From Octopus sinensis (lineage: Eukaryota): 64,000 nt of DNA. The translations under genes and the position numbers were made by a program. Position 1 is the stretch's first letter. Each line of letters starts with the position of its first letter. The notes under the pieces are model-generated. The model was not told where the DNA came from, searched no databases, and saw nothing but the letters and a program-made list of their open reading frames with translations. This document shows, piece by piece, positions 36,134-48,816 of this stretch. The DNA is taken from contig NC_043011.1 of assembly GCF_006345805.1 (NCBI RefSeq), positions 30,950,464 through 31,014,463 on the forward strand, in the 5' to 3' direction.

Positions 36134-37432
36134 TTAATATTTTATTGTTGTCGGGTATAAGAGATTTAGCTTAAATGTTTTTTCAGCTCCTACCTTCAGA
36201 CGGTTCGCTTCAGACACTCGGCTCTCTTCTGACACTCGGTTCACTTCAGACACTCGGTTCGCTTCAGACACTCGGCTCTCTTCAGACACACGGTTCGCTT
36301 CAGACACTCGGACCTCTGTAGATCCTCGGTATATTTTTTCACTTTTTATTCTATTTTTTCTTTTGCTCTCATGAGTAAAAAAATTACTAATTGACTCTCT
36401 TAATTCAATACGAAATTGTTCACTTAAAAGTCCATAAATATATGGATTAATAGCACAGTTAATATAATAAGAAAATGTCAAAAAATGGTAAAGTCTTTGG
36501 TCTTTATAACTTGCAACGTTATCGAAATCTTCAATAAACAACCTCCAGAATACTCCAACGAGATGTGGGAAATAACTGATAATCCAGAGTATAGTGATGA
36601 TGAACAAAATTACATTGGTCCTAGTTGGCCGTATTGTTTGCTTTCTCGAATTAACTTTTATTTTAGGTATTTCGAAAGGTTTACTATTATTCGATGTATT
36701 CAGGGAAGTAGTAAGAACTTGTGAATGTTCAAGTAATTGAATTGCTCTCTTTTTCTGTCTTACGTAAAGACTTCTAATACGCATTCCAATTAAACCGTAT
36801 AGAGTCATGATCAAAATAAAGAAACTAGAGCAAACGACCGCTATAAACACATAATAGATTAAAGGATATGCATTGCCTTTTAAATAGGCCACAAGGGAAC
36901 ACACTTCTCCAATATTTCCACATTCTTTGACCATTCTGTTTTGTTTGCTGTACACAAAAGCTGCCGGTAAACATAAAATGAAAGACGTGATTATTGATAA
37001 TGCTATAAGTTTCTTTGAATCCTTGACAGTAAATTTTGGTTTTAAAGGTTGACATATAAGTCTATACCTATCGACTGCTATAATGGTTACAATCAGACCT
37101 GAATTGATCACTACTAGAGCCACAATAGCACCTATGAAGCGGCACATAACATCGCTGCGGAAGGTGAACGATAAATGTAGCATAACAAATTCCAGAGGAA
37201 TACATACTACGCAAGTTACAAAATCACACACAGAAAGTGCTACAATGAGCAGATGTGTCGCTGTCTCAGAAAATTTATAAAAATATACATATGCTACGAC
37301 GACATTTCCAGTTGTTCCAAGTACCATAGTAATTCCAAGATATACTAGTACTGGAAAATAAACGTCCGTCATTCTAGAATTCATGTATTCTATAAGAATA
37401 TCACATTCGGTTTTGTTGGGTGTGTTGGTCAT
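36134..37432 (-). CDS. Class A GPCR, paralog 2, with a repeat-extended C-terminal tail
   Basis: GTTGN, LSVCD, C...VDRY, LWIISYFPH and NCAINPYIY motifs; NKT sequon. The ATG at 37432 (MTNTPNKTEC) aligns with the paralogs. Confidence 0.93.
   Translation of the reverse strand: MTNTPNKTECDILIEYMNSRMTDVYFPVLVYLGITMVLGTTGNVVVAYVYFYKFSETATHLLIVALSVCDFVTCVVCIPLEFVMLHLSFTFRSDVMCRFIGAIVALVVINSGLIVTIIAVDRYRLICQPLKPKFTVKDSKKLIALSIITSFILCLPAAFVYSKQNRMVKECGNIGEVCSLVAYLKGNAYPLIYYVFIAVVCSSFFILIMTLYGLIGMRIRSLYVRQKKRAIQLLEHSQVLTTSLNTSNNSKPFEIPKIKVNSRKQTIRPTRTNVILFIITILWIISYFPHLVGVFWRLFIEDFDNVASYKDQRLYHFLTFSYYINCAINPYIYGLLSEQFRIELRESISNFFTHESKRKNRIKSEKIYRGSTEVRVSEANRVSEESRVSEANRVSEVNRVSEESRVSEANRLKVGAEKTFKLNLLYPTTIKY
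36203..36310 (-). repeat. 18-bp coding minisatellite, six units, in the GPCR2 C-terminal tail
   Basis: CGAGTGTCTGAAGCGAAC-type units encode RVSEAN RVSEES RVSEAN RVSEVN RVSEES RVSEAN. Confidence 0.95.
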
Positions 37433-37514
37433 CTCCTTTTGTTCCAACTTCTCGAAATATCTTCCGAAACTTCCAAGACAGTCTTTTAGTTGACATAAAC
37501 GTCTATTATATTTT

Positions 37515-37535
37515 CTGAAAAACAGAAAAGATTAG
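37515..37535 (-). promoter_or_regulatory. Putative 3' splice acceptor of a 5' UTR intron of GPCR2
   Basis: Minus-strand TCTTTTCTGTTTTTCAG, 82 nt upstream of the ATG. Confidence 0.6.
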
Positions 37536-37909
37536 TTTATAAAAATTGTAGTTCAAGTGTTACTCAGAAAGATTAAGGTAAAATAACTTGAACAAAGCAA
37601 GAAATATGTTTAGCAATTAAGCAAATTAGTTGCTCGTCATTGTTATTAATGAATATAGGTGTATGTGCACATAATTAAACACTATAGACTTGTTTCATGC
37701 CAGATATCAATCAAAAATTAAAATGAGGTAGTATATAAACTATATGATGTAATTATATTTTATATTTCTTTTTCCATGTCTAGTTATATTTACAATATAT
37801 TATGTATAATGTCTTTGCTGTTATGTAATGGTGTAATAAAGTATTGATTGGGTATTATCTAATGGTTGATGATTGATTGATTTAAGTATGTTTCTCCATT
37901 TTCTCATTT

Positions 37910-37948
<39 letters not shown>

Positions 37949-37949
37949 C

Positions 37950-39329
37950 CCAGAGGTCACCTTCAAGGTGGCAATGGATGCTTTTGACAGAACATGTGAC
38001 CTAGTCGGTCTCTTCATCCTAGATATACTAAAAAAGAAATTCCTTTCAACTAGCTTTGGTCTCTGCAGGGACGACGCGCTGGCAATATCTCAATATCTAG
38101 AGGCGTCAATGGCCACACGCTAGATAGGCTCAGAAAGGACCTCACAGGCACCATGAACTCTCTCAGACTGGTCCTGAATCCGGTGCCTATAGGCCTTTTA
38201 GGAAACCAAATAAGAAGTTGTCTTACATTAACATAGGTTCCTGTCATCCAGCCATAGTGTTCAGGAACCTTGTTAAGGGTGCCAACAAGAGAATCTCCAG
38301 CTTGCCTTCAAGCAAAGAGATCTTTGATGCTGCTGCCCCGTTCTACAACCGGGCTCTGGTTGCCTGCGGTTTCAAGGATAATATTAGATACACGCCAGAC
38401 CTTAGTACAGCATAGAGAGAAAGAGTACAGCACAGGGTAAAAGATCCTAGAAAAATGCAAACCGTACCTCAATAGCGGCAGGAAGTGCGGATTATGCCTG
38501 GTTGAAAAGAGAGCGATTTTCAAAGGTACCTAACGCCCGGATGTCTACCTGAATAACAGGTGTGAGGTGTTTAATCCTTGCCCGCATGAAAAGAAGTACA
38601 TCCTATCGTACCTGCACGCCCCACCATGACTGCAACCACAGGTCGCCTGCCTCGACCCTTGACCTCAGCCAATGACCTTCCACCAATGCCCTCGGGCCCG
38701 GCAAAAAGAGTTTGACCAAAGCACACACCAGTGCATCCATGTACACACACGCACACCCCAACACATACCCCTGCATACAAGTTGTACCCCCACACCTGCA
38801 CAGACCCCGCACACACACCGCACGCTAACATGAAAATACACGACTTTATCCTTTATAGAAAGAGAACAGACCAACGAACACAGCTCTATATACCTACACC
38901 CTGGATAAAATTATACATGTGTCACCACTACACATATCACACACCCCATCCACAAAGAGCACCACATTAATAATACACACCTTTCCCACTTCAAGATAAC
39001 TCATGCCGGTTTCACAGTATACGCAACCAAGGGACATAACTCCTAACCTAATCCCCTGGCCCCTTTTTTGTATCACCACCTTTTTTCACTGACCGGGTGT
39101 GCTAATCCACCTCTGACAATAGAAATCAGTCGCCATATTCCATTCCATATCGGCTAACTCTGATGAGCGTAAAGTTATATAATCGGATTGTTACCTGACA
39201 CTCCATTGTATTCTTTGTGCGAAACCGATTAGTAAGATCACTCGTGATGGATATTTAATACTATACTTTTCGGATATTGACAGATATACGAGTGCATCTT
39301 TTCCCTGACTTATGATCTCTTAGACGACT

Positions 39330-39330
<1 letters not shown>
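37950..39330 (+). mobile_element. Penelope-like element remnant (RT fragment plus 3' region with a hammerhead core)
   Basis: AMDAFD..CDLVGLFIL, GLCRDDALA (YRDD motif) and SYINIGSCHP...KRISSL...FYNRALVACGF. Hammerhead core at 39160-39234. The 3' boundary is approximate. Confidence 0.72.
39156..39238 (+). ncRNA. Degenerate type I hammerhead ribozyme
   Basis: CTGATGA, stem II GCGTAAAG/CTTTGTGC, GAAAC-CGATTA-GTA; stem I is weak. Confidence 0.5.
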
Positions 39331-39378
<48 letters not shown>

Positions 39379-40699
39379 TAAAGAAAAGGAAAACAAAATC
39401 AAGGCAGGACAAGCTTATCATTTCATTCAAATTAGTTTAATGGTGAAGCGAAGTAAGCAAAAATAAAATATGATAGTGTTTTGCGATTAATTTTAAACAA
39501 AGGTACTCTACACTTATGGGCTGTGCTTCAAGGAGGCCCTAGAGATATCACTACATGATTCAGTACATTTGCTTAATAGGCAATATGAAGCTTTCTCTAC
39601 CTGCAAACACAAATTCTTCCATCCATTCAAGTTCTTCCACAAGTCTAAATGTAAAGAAAATCAACATACATGATATCTATAACACCCGTTTCTCTACATT
39701 CCACTATTATTGAAATGCATCAAATGCCACTATCTCTGTAGTCTCACCAAATTAAATTAAATCAAATTAAATTCTTTTATTTTATTTCTTTTTTACCTCA
39801 TTTTTTTTTTACCTTTTTCTTACTTCATTTTGTTTTATTTACTTTATTTTAGTTCACCCTGTTTTATCCTTAGTTCTAAGTATCACTCTAATTTTAGGGT
39901 TTGACTGATTATTTAAAACTTTTAAATATTAAATTATTATTAATAGATCTACCCGTATCCCCTATCCTTTATTCTTGAGGTAACTTTGTATCTATTTATT
40001 TTATTAGTACCTTTTCCTTCAATATATATATATATATATATTTTGAGTACTCTAGCCACATTAATCTATAAATATTGTTCCTAATTATAAATCCTTAAGT
40101 TGTAAAACCTCCTCTTGTAGTTGAGCATCTATTTCTAGCATTTTAGCTCTCATTAGTGGCAGGTAAACATCAACATAGTTCTTTCCGACCACACAAGACC
40201 AATACTTAGCTATTTGACGTTTTCTCCATACTTCCATTTTATTACTTTTACCCCTTTCTCTCGAGAGAGAGCCTACCTCCACAACATACCATATGCTTTA
40301 TTTATCCTTGATTTTATCAACCCCTATCAAATTTCATCCCTACCCTACCCTGTTGAATAGTAATGCCAGCCTCTTTTAACAGGCTGGCATTATCTATTTA
40401 TTCACTTTTGTTTTTTTATTATTTATTTTTATTTCTATTTTTCTTTTCATTTTTATTTACAAACCTCCCCCTTTCACTCAGCTCTACATATCTATTATAA
40501 ATGCCTTTGTGTATCTAACTGTCTTACTCACACGTTGTTAATCTGTGCTGATCTCTGGCTGATTCTTGCTGACTCTTCTTCCGCATGGACATCAGTCTAC
40601 TGAATCTCTTTCCCTTCTCTCGGCCGGATACATTACTCAGCCCGCTTTCTCAACTATACACTTACCTTGGGATATACGTAAGGAGGAATAGCTTCACGG

Positions 40700-41075
40700 A
40701 AATATGGATAAACCCCCCATATCCTCCGGAGCATGATGAAGTATAAGCTATAACGAAACGATGGAAGTATCTGAACATAGAAAAAAACAACAACGACGAG
40801 GACTACATCACATATGCTGGCAGAGTAAACAGGGAATACGAGATGTTTAAGTTAGACGAATTAACTCCACATATGTTCAAATGCCTGGTTTTTACACAGT
40901 ATCTTACTGCCGAAAAGGTCGCAGAATTTAGAACTAGAATTCTCGCAAAACTGGAACAAAACCAGGATGCAAACCTACAGCAAGTGTCAGAAGAATATGA
41001 AAGGATAGTCAAATTAAGACACGACACCAAGGAAATTGAACGTAAAGATTGTTTCCGAGTAAAACAAGTGCGAAA
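40700..41075 (+). pseudogene. Gypsy-type LTR retrotransposon gag-region fragment
   Basis: In-frame DYITYAGRVNREYEMFKLDELTPHMFKCLVFTQYLT...RTRILAKLEQ resembles gag regions of invertebrate K02A2.6-like Gypsy elements. Recognised by eye. Confidence 0.6.
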
Positions 41076-41099
41076 TAGTCATTATAGAGATAATGTGTT

Positions 41100-41510
41100 T
41101 TCTAAAAGGGTGATATAGATTTGTGTTTAAATCGAGAGTAACGTCTAAGAAATTGGCCACCTTAGAGTTAATTTCGAATGAAATGCTTAGGTTATAGTTT
41201 TTAAAAAATTTGTGTAGGGCTTTCTTGGTGCATTCCACTGATGGTCGAGATAATCCAGTTGCTGAAAATAGTGCGCCACCCCTGTATAGTCCACCGGAGA
41301 GGTTGGGGAAGTATAGTTTAATTTGGGAGAGAAGGAATAGGCCAACTAGGTCAATAACCTGGGGTGAGTTCGATGTGCCCATGGTTGTGTCGATGAAATC
41401 TGTAGATGAGTTGCGGGCCCAATTATTATCCTTAAGTGAATTAAAGTCTTCCTTGCAGCCAGGATGATATTGATGTCCGATCGGGAGAAGAAAGCATATT
41501 TTCAAGCGAA
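41100..41510 (-). pseudogene. Penelope-like RT fragment
   Basis: TMGTSNSPQVIDLVGLFLL...GGLYRGGAL...NFLDVTLDL...YHPFRK. Confidence 0.78.
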
Positions 41511-41828
41511 GGTTGAGGCTTTACTTAAGAAAAATGGTGATATTAATACATTTTTTTAAAATTAAATGTATTTAATATTATTTGTATATCGACCTGCCTA
41601 ACTTACTTGTCCTTACATTTACTCCCATATATATATATTCAATTAGAGGTTAAATTTGCCTCATTAAGGAATGGTATCATCCATTGAATCAGTGCCTAAT
41701 ATTTGTTGTGAATAATAATATTCATAAAACAATAGGTTTATATATAAATCATGGTTTATAATCATTCAAAAGAAAGTAAGAAAATGAGGATAAAGCATTT
41801 AATAAAAATTTATTATCTTTTTTCTACG

Positions 41829-41909
41829 CCTCTGAAGAGTTTTGTCTAATATAATGATTTTAATAATTGCTATTTAATCTTTTAGATTTAATTGAAACAG
41901 CTGTAAGGG
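41829..41909 (+). ncRNA. Degenerate type I hammerhead ribozyme
   Basis: CCT-CTGAAGA...GAAA-C-AGCT-G-TA-AGG; stem II is eroded. Confidence 0.5.
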
Positions 41910-42140
41910 ACTAGGTTTGATTTTTGCAGATAATAAACTTTTATTAAATGCTATATCTCCATTTTTTTACTTATGTATATACATATATATATATATAAAT
42001 ACGTGTGTGTATGTATGTATGTATGTATGTATGTATGTATGTATGTATGCATATGTATGTTTGTATGTGTAAATGTATATATATATATGTGTGAGTGTGT
42101 GAATGCATGCAATGTATATATATGAATGTATGTGTGTATG

Positions 42141-42176
<36 letters not shown>

Positions 42177-42189
42177 TGTATGTATTTAT

Positions 42190-42560
42190 ATATCTTCAGG
42201 TCTTCAAACAAAGACAACGCTTTCTCTTGAATGATTTCATATATTAATAGTATACTAATAGTAGCACGCTGACGATTCAACCTAACAATCCAAAGAGAAA
42301 GAAGACTTTCCATTTCTTCAAAGATTTTGACTCTTTTCTTATTGATGACAATGCTCTTCATCCCTGGGGCTTCAGATTTGATATGTGCTAAAATCTTGTT
42401 CTTATTATGTACAATCGTCGATACAGTTGTCCGACTTAAAAAGATCGTGCAATTGCTATCACTTTTTCACCATTTCCATGGCGTTTTATCATACCCAGTT
42501 TATCTTCCAGCGTTATAGCATGACGCTTAGCACTTTCACTATGAATTTTCTTAGGAGCCA
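42190..42560 (-). pseudogene. pogo/Tigger transposase N-terminal (CENP-B HTH) fragment
   Basis: KRHAITLEDKLGMIKRHGNGEKVIAIARS and EEMESLLSLWI...IIQEKALSLFEDLK. Confidence 0.8.
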
Positions 42561-42879
42561 CAGGGAAAAAAAATAAAATCACAAATGTGTGAGAATGTGA
42601 AAGTAATCGATAAACAGATATAAATAAATCGGAATTCAAAACAATCGCAGGAATCACGAGTGACAACGACGCCTAACGGTAGATATTAGAACTACAGTGC
42701 AATATGAGCTCCGAAAGACCGACAAATAAAACAACACAGCTGATTTCATGATTTCGTTCACTAAGCTATGTTTTTCTTCTTGCAGTCACTGATCCACAAT
42801 GCCAAGGCAGATCCCATCCTGACGAAGTGCTTATTTCTCACTATCGTTATCTTCTTGGCACTTTCACAGAAACTTACTA

Positions 42880-43080
42880 GTAACCTACTGCAGCATAACT
42901 TTTACCTTCTCGGAAGATATCCAGCAGTTGTGTCTTCTCATTGAGCGTCATGACCTTTTTCTGTCGCTTAGGTTCACTTCCAGAAGTCTTAGAAGGTGTA
43001 GAGCGTTTGAGCGGCATCTTAAGGCTTTAATAACACGCTGCGAAAAACACAGCACTCAACAAAATACTGGAGATAGCTAC
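42880..43080 (-). pseudogene. Second pogo/Tigger N-terminal fragment
   Basis: Minus-strand MPLKRSTPSKTSGSEPKRQKKVMTLNEKTQLLDIFRE. Confidence 0.65.
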
Positions 43081-43359
43081 TGGACGCAGTTTTTCCAAAA
43101 AGAAAAAAAACCTACAAAAAATCTTCATTGCGTCTATTATGCGCAAACCACCAATGAGAGATTGAGCAGAGATTTAAAATGATCATGGTTTCGAAAAATT
43201 TAGTTTGTATTACCACTAGATGCTGTAATCTATACTATAATGATAAGAGATATAGGGGGGGCCAGCAAGTAACCTAATTTCAATAAGGCTATATTGGCTC
43301 ACGACCTTAAAAATTATCCTGTTGAAAGAAATATTGTGTATGATCAAATGTTTTCTGAA

Positions 43360-44050
43360 GCTGTATTAAATTGGGTTTTATACCTATTTCCTCTGACCAT
43401 CTGTTCAGATCTTTAAGGATAGTTCCCAATGCACCTGTAACTACTGGGGTACATTTTACCCACACTTTCCACAGTGTAATTCAATGGCTAGGCCCTGGTA
43501 CTTTGCTATTTTTCTGTACCTCTCATATTTGGGACTGTAAAGTCAATTATCTGGCATTTTCTATTCCCTTTATATACTACTACTAAATCAGGCCTTCTAG
43601 CTTCTGTTATTCTGTCAGTCTGAATGTTAAAGTCCCACAACATCTTATATTTTTTACTTTCTAGTACTTTACTAGTTTCATGTTCATACCTTTTATTAGT
43701 ATGGTCAAATCCTAGCTTTCTACATAACTCTCAGTGGCTTACTCTCCCTAGTTTGCCATATCTTTTCTTGTATTCTTTCTGTGTCAGCATGTTAGATTCC
43801 CTTACAATGTGAGCAACACTTTCCTCTTTTGAATTGCATAACCTACATTGGGAATCTACTTGGTTTTTGTCTATCTTGGCGTTTATCCAATTAGTCCTTA
43901 ATACTTGAGCTTGTGCTGCTATTAAAAAACTTTCTTCTCCCTTTTCAGCCTTCCTTTCTGCAACCATAACCATGTCTCACTACTACTTTTTGCTGCAATT
44001 ATCTGGGAATCTACCATGAAAAGCCTTCTGCTAGTCAGATAACTTTCATT
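43360..44050 (-). pseudogene. R4/Dong-like (RLE-type) non-LTR retrotransposon C-terminal fragment
   Basis: ESFLIAAQAQVL...CRLCNSKEESVAHI...KEYKKRY and a terminal PVVTGALG...LQK motif. Confidence 0.8.
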
Positions 44051-44099
44051 CTTTTTTCTAATTTTCAACTTCGTTTGGTTTTAAGAGTGTACCTATGTC

Positions 44100-44124
44100 T
44101 TGCAGCTTTTCATCATCATCATCA

Positions 44125-44213
<89 letters not shown>

Positions 44214-44455
44214 ATTATCATTATTATTATTATTATTATTATTATCTTTATTATTATTATTATTATTATTATTATTGTTGTTGTTGTTGTTGTTGTTATT
44301 ATTATTGAGTGAGAGAGCAGTGCATGCCATCAAAGTGACACTGGGGTAAAATATATGAAGCCCAGTATACTCATCATGACTACCCGTCTGATAAGAGTAC
44401 ACTAGGCACATGCATCACAACCATATGTGCGCGACATGGTGATCTCATATCAAGA

Positions 44456-44495
<40 letters not shown>

Positions 44496-44520
44496 TATTA
44501 TTATTATTATCATTATTATT
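44100..44520. repeat. (ATT)/(GTT)/(CAT) trinucleotide arrays flanking a short interspersed repeat at about 44306-44456
   Basis: Read directly. Confidence 0.85.
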
Positions 44521-44523
44521 TTT

Positions 44524-44600
44524 AAGGTGGCGAGCTTACAGAATCGTTAGCACGCCGGGCGAAATGCTTAGCAGAATTTCATCCAAACTTACGTTCTGTG
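44524..44600 (+). mobile_element. Family B SINE head fragment
   Basis: GGTGGCGAGCTTACAGAATCGTTAGCACGCCGGGCGAAATGCTTAGC. Confidence 0.75.
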
Positions 44601-45202
44601 CGTGCATGTGCGTTATAACGTTATATCAAAATGGTAACTTAAACACTCGATACTATATAAAACTATGAAAAAAGTACTAAACAGAATGAAGTACTGGGGT
44701 CGAAACTTGAAGGTACACATACACGCACACACTCTACCCCAGTATGGCTGTACTCCATTTACTGAAATCAATAAAAGAATACGACAGACGGATATGTAGG
44801 TATATGTATACATATATCCATGCATGCATACCTTGTAAAAGCCAAGTGGTATACAAACGATTGTGATACAGATGCAAAGACAAAGAACCCGCCGCCACGA
44901 CAAGCACTACCGTAACCAACAGTGAATTTTTCCATTCCCTAAGACTCTCCCTTAAAGGAAACCGCTATTATGAAAGCGTGTTACTTTTTTACGCACGGCA
45001 CCGTATGTAAAGTCTTCCACGATAGCAGCAGTTATTTGACACATTATCAAAAGAATTGCAGCCTGTTTTGGAATCCTGGATCTCACAGATTATCTAAGAT
45101 TTTCTAAGCTGTATTCTTGCAACAAAAGACCCTAAATTTACTAATTTACTACCTGTTTCCTGTTCACGTCTATAATTACACAGACTTACACTGATATGTT
45201 CT

Positions 45203-45284
<82 letters not shown>

Positions 45285-45371
45285 CACACATTCATACACA
45301 CACTCAACCATACATACATTCCTATACATATACATGTAACTATTCCTTAACTTAGATTTCTGTGCACATGT

Positions 45372-45551
45372 GACGCAGGAGTGGCTGTGTGGTAAGAAGC
45401 TTGCTTCCCAACCACATGGTTCCGGGTTCAGTCCCACTGTTTAACACCTTGAACAAGTGTCTTCTACTGTAGCCTCGGGCCGACCAAAGCCTTGAGAGTA
45501 ATTTGACAGACGGAAACTGAAAGAAGTCTGTCGTATGAGTGTGTGTGTGTG

Positions 45552-45586
<35 letters not shown>

Positions 45587-45850
45587 CGCGTGTGTGTGTG
45601 TGTATTTTCATATATATATGTATGTATGTATGTATGTATTTGTATGTCTGTGTTTGTCTCCCCACCATCGCTTGACAACCGATGTTGGTGTGTTCACGTC
45701 CCCGTCACTTAGCGGTTCGGAAAAAGACACCGATAAAATAAGCACTAAGCTTACAAAGAATAATTCCTGGGGTCGATTTTTCCGACTAAAGGCGGTGCTT
45801 CAGCATGGCCGCAATCAAATTACTGAAACAAGTATAAAAGAATAAAAGAA
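45372..45850 (+). mobile_element. Family A SINE, full length
   Basis: GCAGGAGTGGCTGTGTGG head, B box GGGTTCAGTCCC, AAAAGAATAAAAGAAT tail. Confidence 0.9.
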
Positions 45851-46926
45851 TGTCCAATTCACAAAATGCTCCCCACCTTCCGTTAAACTTGGCCTCAATC
45901 CTTAATGGACAAAAATTCTATACAGACAGATAAGAAGTCTCGAATGACTTACAAAGGCCACTCTAAGAAAACCTTCCCTAGGTAGATCGTAAGACGTTTT
46001 AACATAATATATGTAGCTGTGAGAAAGTATTCAACTATAATACATTACGACTCAAAAGTTGGCAATTATGAAGTACGGACAAAAAATACATCATAACATC
46101 AAAAAAATATATCATTGAAATTGAAGGTAAACTCTGCCTAAAACACATGGAACGTAAGTATGTTTGTGAAATTTCGTAAGATTTAGATCTATCTTAAGAA
46201 AAGCATAGAAGACAAATAATACACTGTATATTAAGACACCGAAAAATTATACCAACATTGAGAAGGACAGCAGCTTCTTCTAGACTAGTGAGCGGTGTGG
46301 CTCCTTACATTTTAGCTTCTGTTGTTATAGTGATTATCACTCTGTCAGAAACACTGTTTTTAGTATCCGGAGACAATAAAGAAATTTGGATTTCATTCCA
46401 TCTGACATCTTAAGCGAGGAATTCCAAACTTATCGAATTTTTTGTTTGAAGTTCAAAATGTAACTTGAACAGTGACGTGTGTTTTGTCATTGTGCTGTCA
46501 TAATTATAATTTTTATTTAGTTTATGTCCAGATGTTCATTACTTTTCAAATGATCGACACGACAAGAGGTTTGAGAACGTTTTTTTTTTTTTTTTGTTTG
46601 TTTTTTCTTCCTTTTGACAGGCTGGCAAACATTTTAAAACACTGAAAATATTAATAACAAAATTCGCAGAAAATTGACCAGGAATCGCCACAAGAAAGCA
46701 TGTGGTATATACATATATCTATATATATATATAAAATACAAAATGGGACAAGAACGCAAAACGGGACAACAAAACATCCAGATAGACGATAAAAAAAAAA
46801 CACCGACGGGTCATTTGAAGCCTTTTATCTTCAGTCGAGAACCAGATCATCCTCGCAATTTCGGCTGACGTCTATCTGGATGTTTTGTTGTCCCGTTTTG
46901 TGTTCTTGTCCCATTTTGTATTTTAT

Positions 46927-46962
<36 letters not shown>

Positions 46963-46964
46963 CA

Positions 46965-46995
<31 letters not shown>

Positions 46996-46998
46996 TAT

Positions 46999-47040
<42 letters not shown>

Positions 47041-48516
47041 GGATGGATGGATGGATGGATGGATGGATGGATGGATGGATGGATGGATGGATGGATGGAT
47101 GGATGGATGGATGGATGGAGAGAGAGAGAGAAAGATAGAGGGAGAGTAAAATCAGTTTGCCAATGTTAATTGGCAGTCTTGATTAGGACGATGTTACCAC
47201 CTTTTTAAGCCAGGAAAACATCTTTTCCAGCTGGCTACCGACATGCAACTACGTCCTTATACCTCGAACAAAGGAGCTAATGTCCCCACTGAGCCTTAAA
47301 TGGAACAGTAACACCCACCACCGCACCACGCCGCATGACTAAAGAATGGAGGTGAGAGTGGAAAAGAATGTAAATAAAGCAGATACAAACAGGGTAATAC
47401 ACACACAAAAACATATAAGCACATACCTGTGATACATATAAGAAATAGAGATAGATAAATATAAAAAGATAATTAATCTATATAAAGGGAATGGACATAA
47501 ACAACATGCGAAGTGAACCCATAGACACACACAATGACTTAACGGACGGCCGCATCAATATCAACAACACGGCTAACAACGACCGCAGCAGTGGCGGTGA
47601 CAACGATTGCTACAACAGCAACTACCACGATGGCAACACCGTGGGCGAACACACAAACACAGAGAGATACAGGTACTGTACCAAGTTATCGGGTCCTGGG
47701 ACAGCAGCAGCACAAAGGGGTGAGAAGATGGGACTGAGGGGAAGACCATACTGCTGCTAAGAACAATGACACGCACACACTCTCACAAACACGGACACAA
47801 ACGCAAGCGTACATAAGGGTACACATCACAGAAAAGCAGAATGGAGTAAGTGGAGCAAGAGCACACACGAAAACAAAAAGTATCGCTGAAGAGGTCACAG
47901 ATGTGTGACGAAAGATTTCCGGACAATGGATAAGCATTAAAATAAGAACAGTAATAAATGAGTGGAGAACAAATATATAGTACGTGCGTTTATTTAGCAA
48001 AAAGAAAAAAAAATGACCGTCCCGAAATACATCAATATCTGTTTCGATGCACGATTTCACATCAGGAATTTTGTAACACAAATGGATACACATATATTTA
48101 CAGTGTTTAACATACAGGAGCCGTGAGCGCTAATTTGCAAAATAGCACACTGGGGTCGATGACTGGTGGACAATATTTATCAATACTAGAACAGAATAGT
48201 GAGATTTAATTGTATAGTCTGTAAAAATAGTAAAATCTCGTCTTTAACATGTGATAAAAATGCTTCTGTGCATTATAATAAGAAAAAAAATGTTAGCTAT
48301 CATAAGTGCTTTGCTGTGTTTCAACAAGACGAAATTGCTGGTTAAACATATAGGACTGCCATATCACCCACTAGTGTGGTTTAAGTAAAAATAATATGAA
48401 TATTTTTTTATCTTATATACAAAAGCAATAGATTCAGCGTCAGTTGTTTCACATTTTGTAACCATATATAAGTATGTATATATATATATATATATATTAT
48501 ATACTATATATATATA

Positions 48517-48560
<44 letters not shown>

Positions 48561-48816
48561 TTCGAAACGTTTAGTAGATGAAACCTTAGCGCTGAAGAAG
48601 GGGATTTTTCGTTGTGCTTATTGTCCTGTATCTCTTTTTTTGCTTGTCTTGTTCCTTGGTTTGTGTCTATGTTTTTCGTCTCTCTATGTGTTCGACGTCT
48701 TTTTGGTGTCCTGTACACATATATGCGTGTATATGTACATGTAGAGGTAGGTACGTACATATATGTTTATATATATGCATATGTTCTATTTTATTAACAT
48801 ATATATATATATATAT

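Noticed and set aside
48558-48610. GAAACGTT...CTGAAGA arrangement suggesting a type II hammerhead
   Set aside because: Stem II pairs only by consuming core G8/A9, and stem I cannot be formed.
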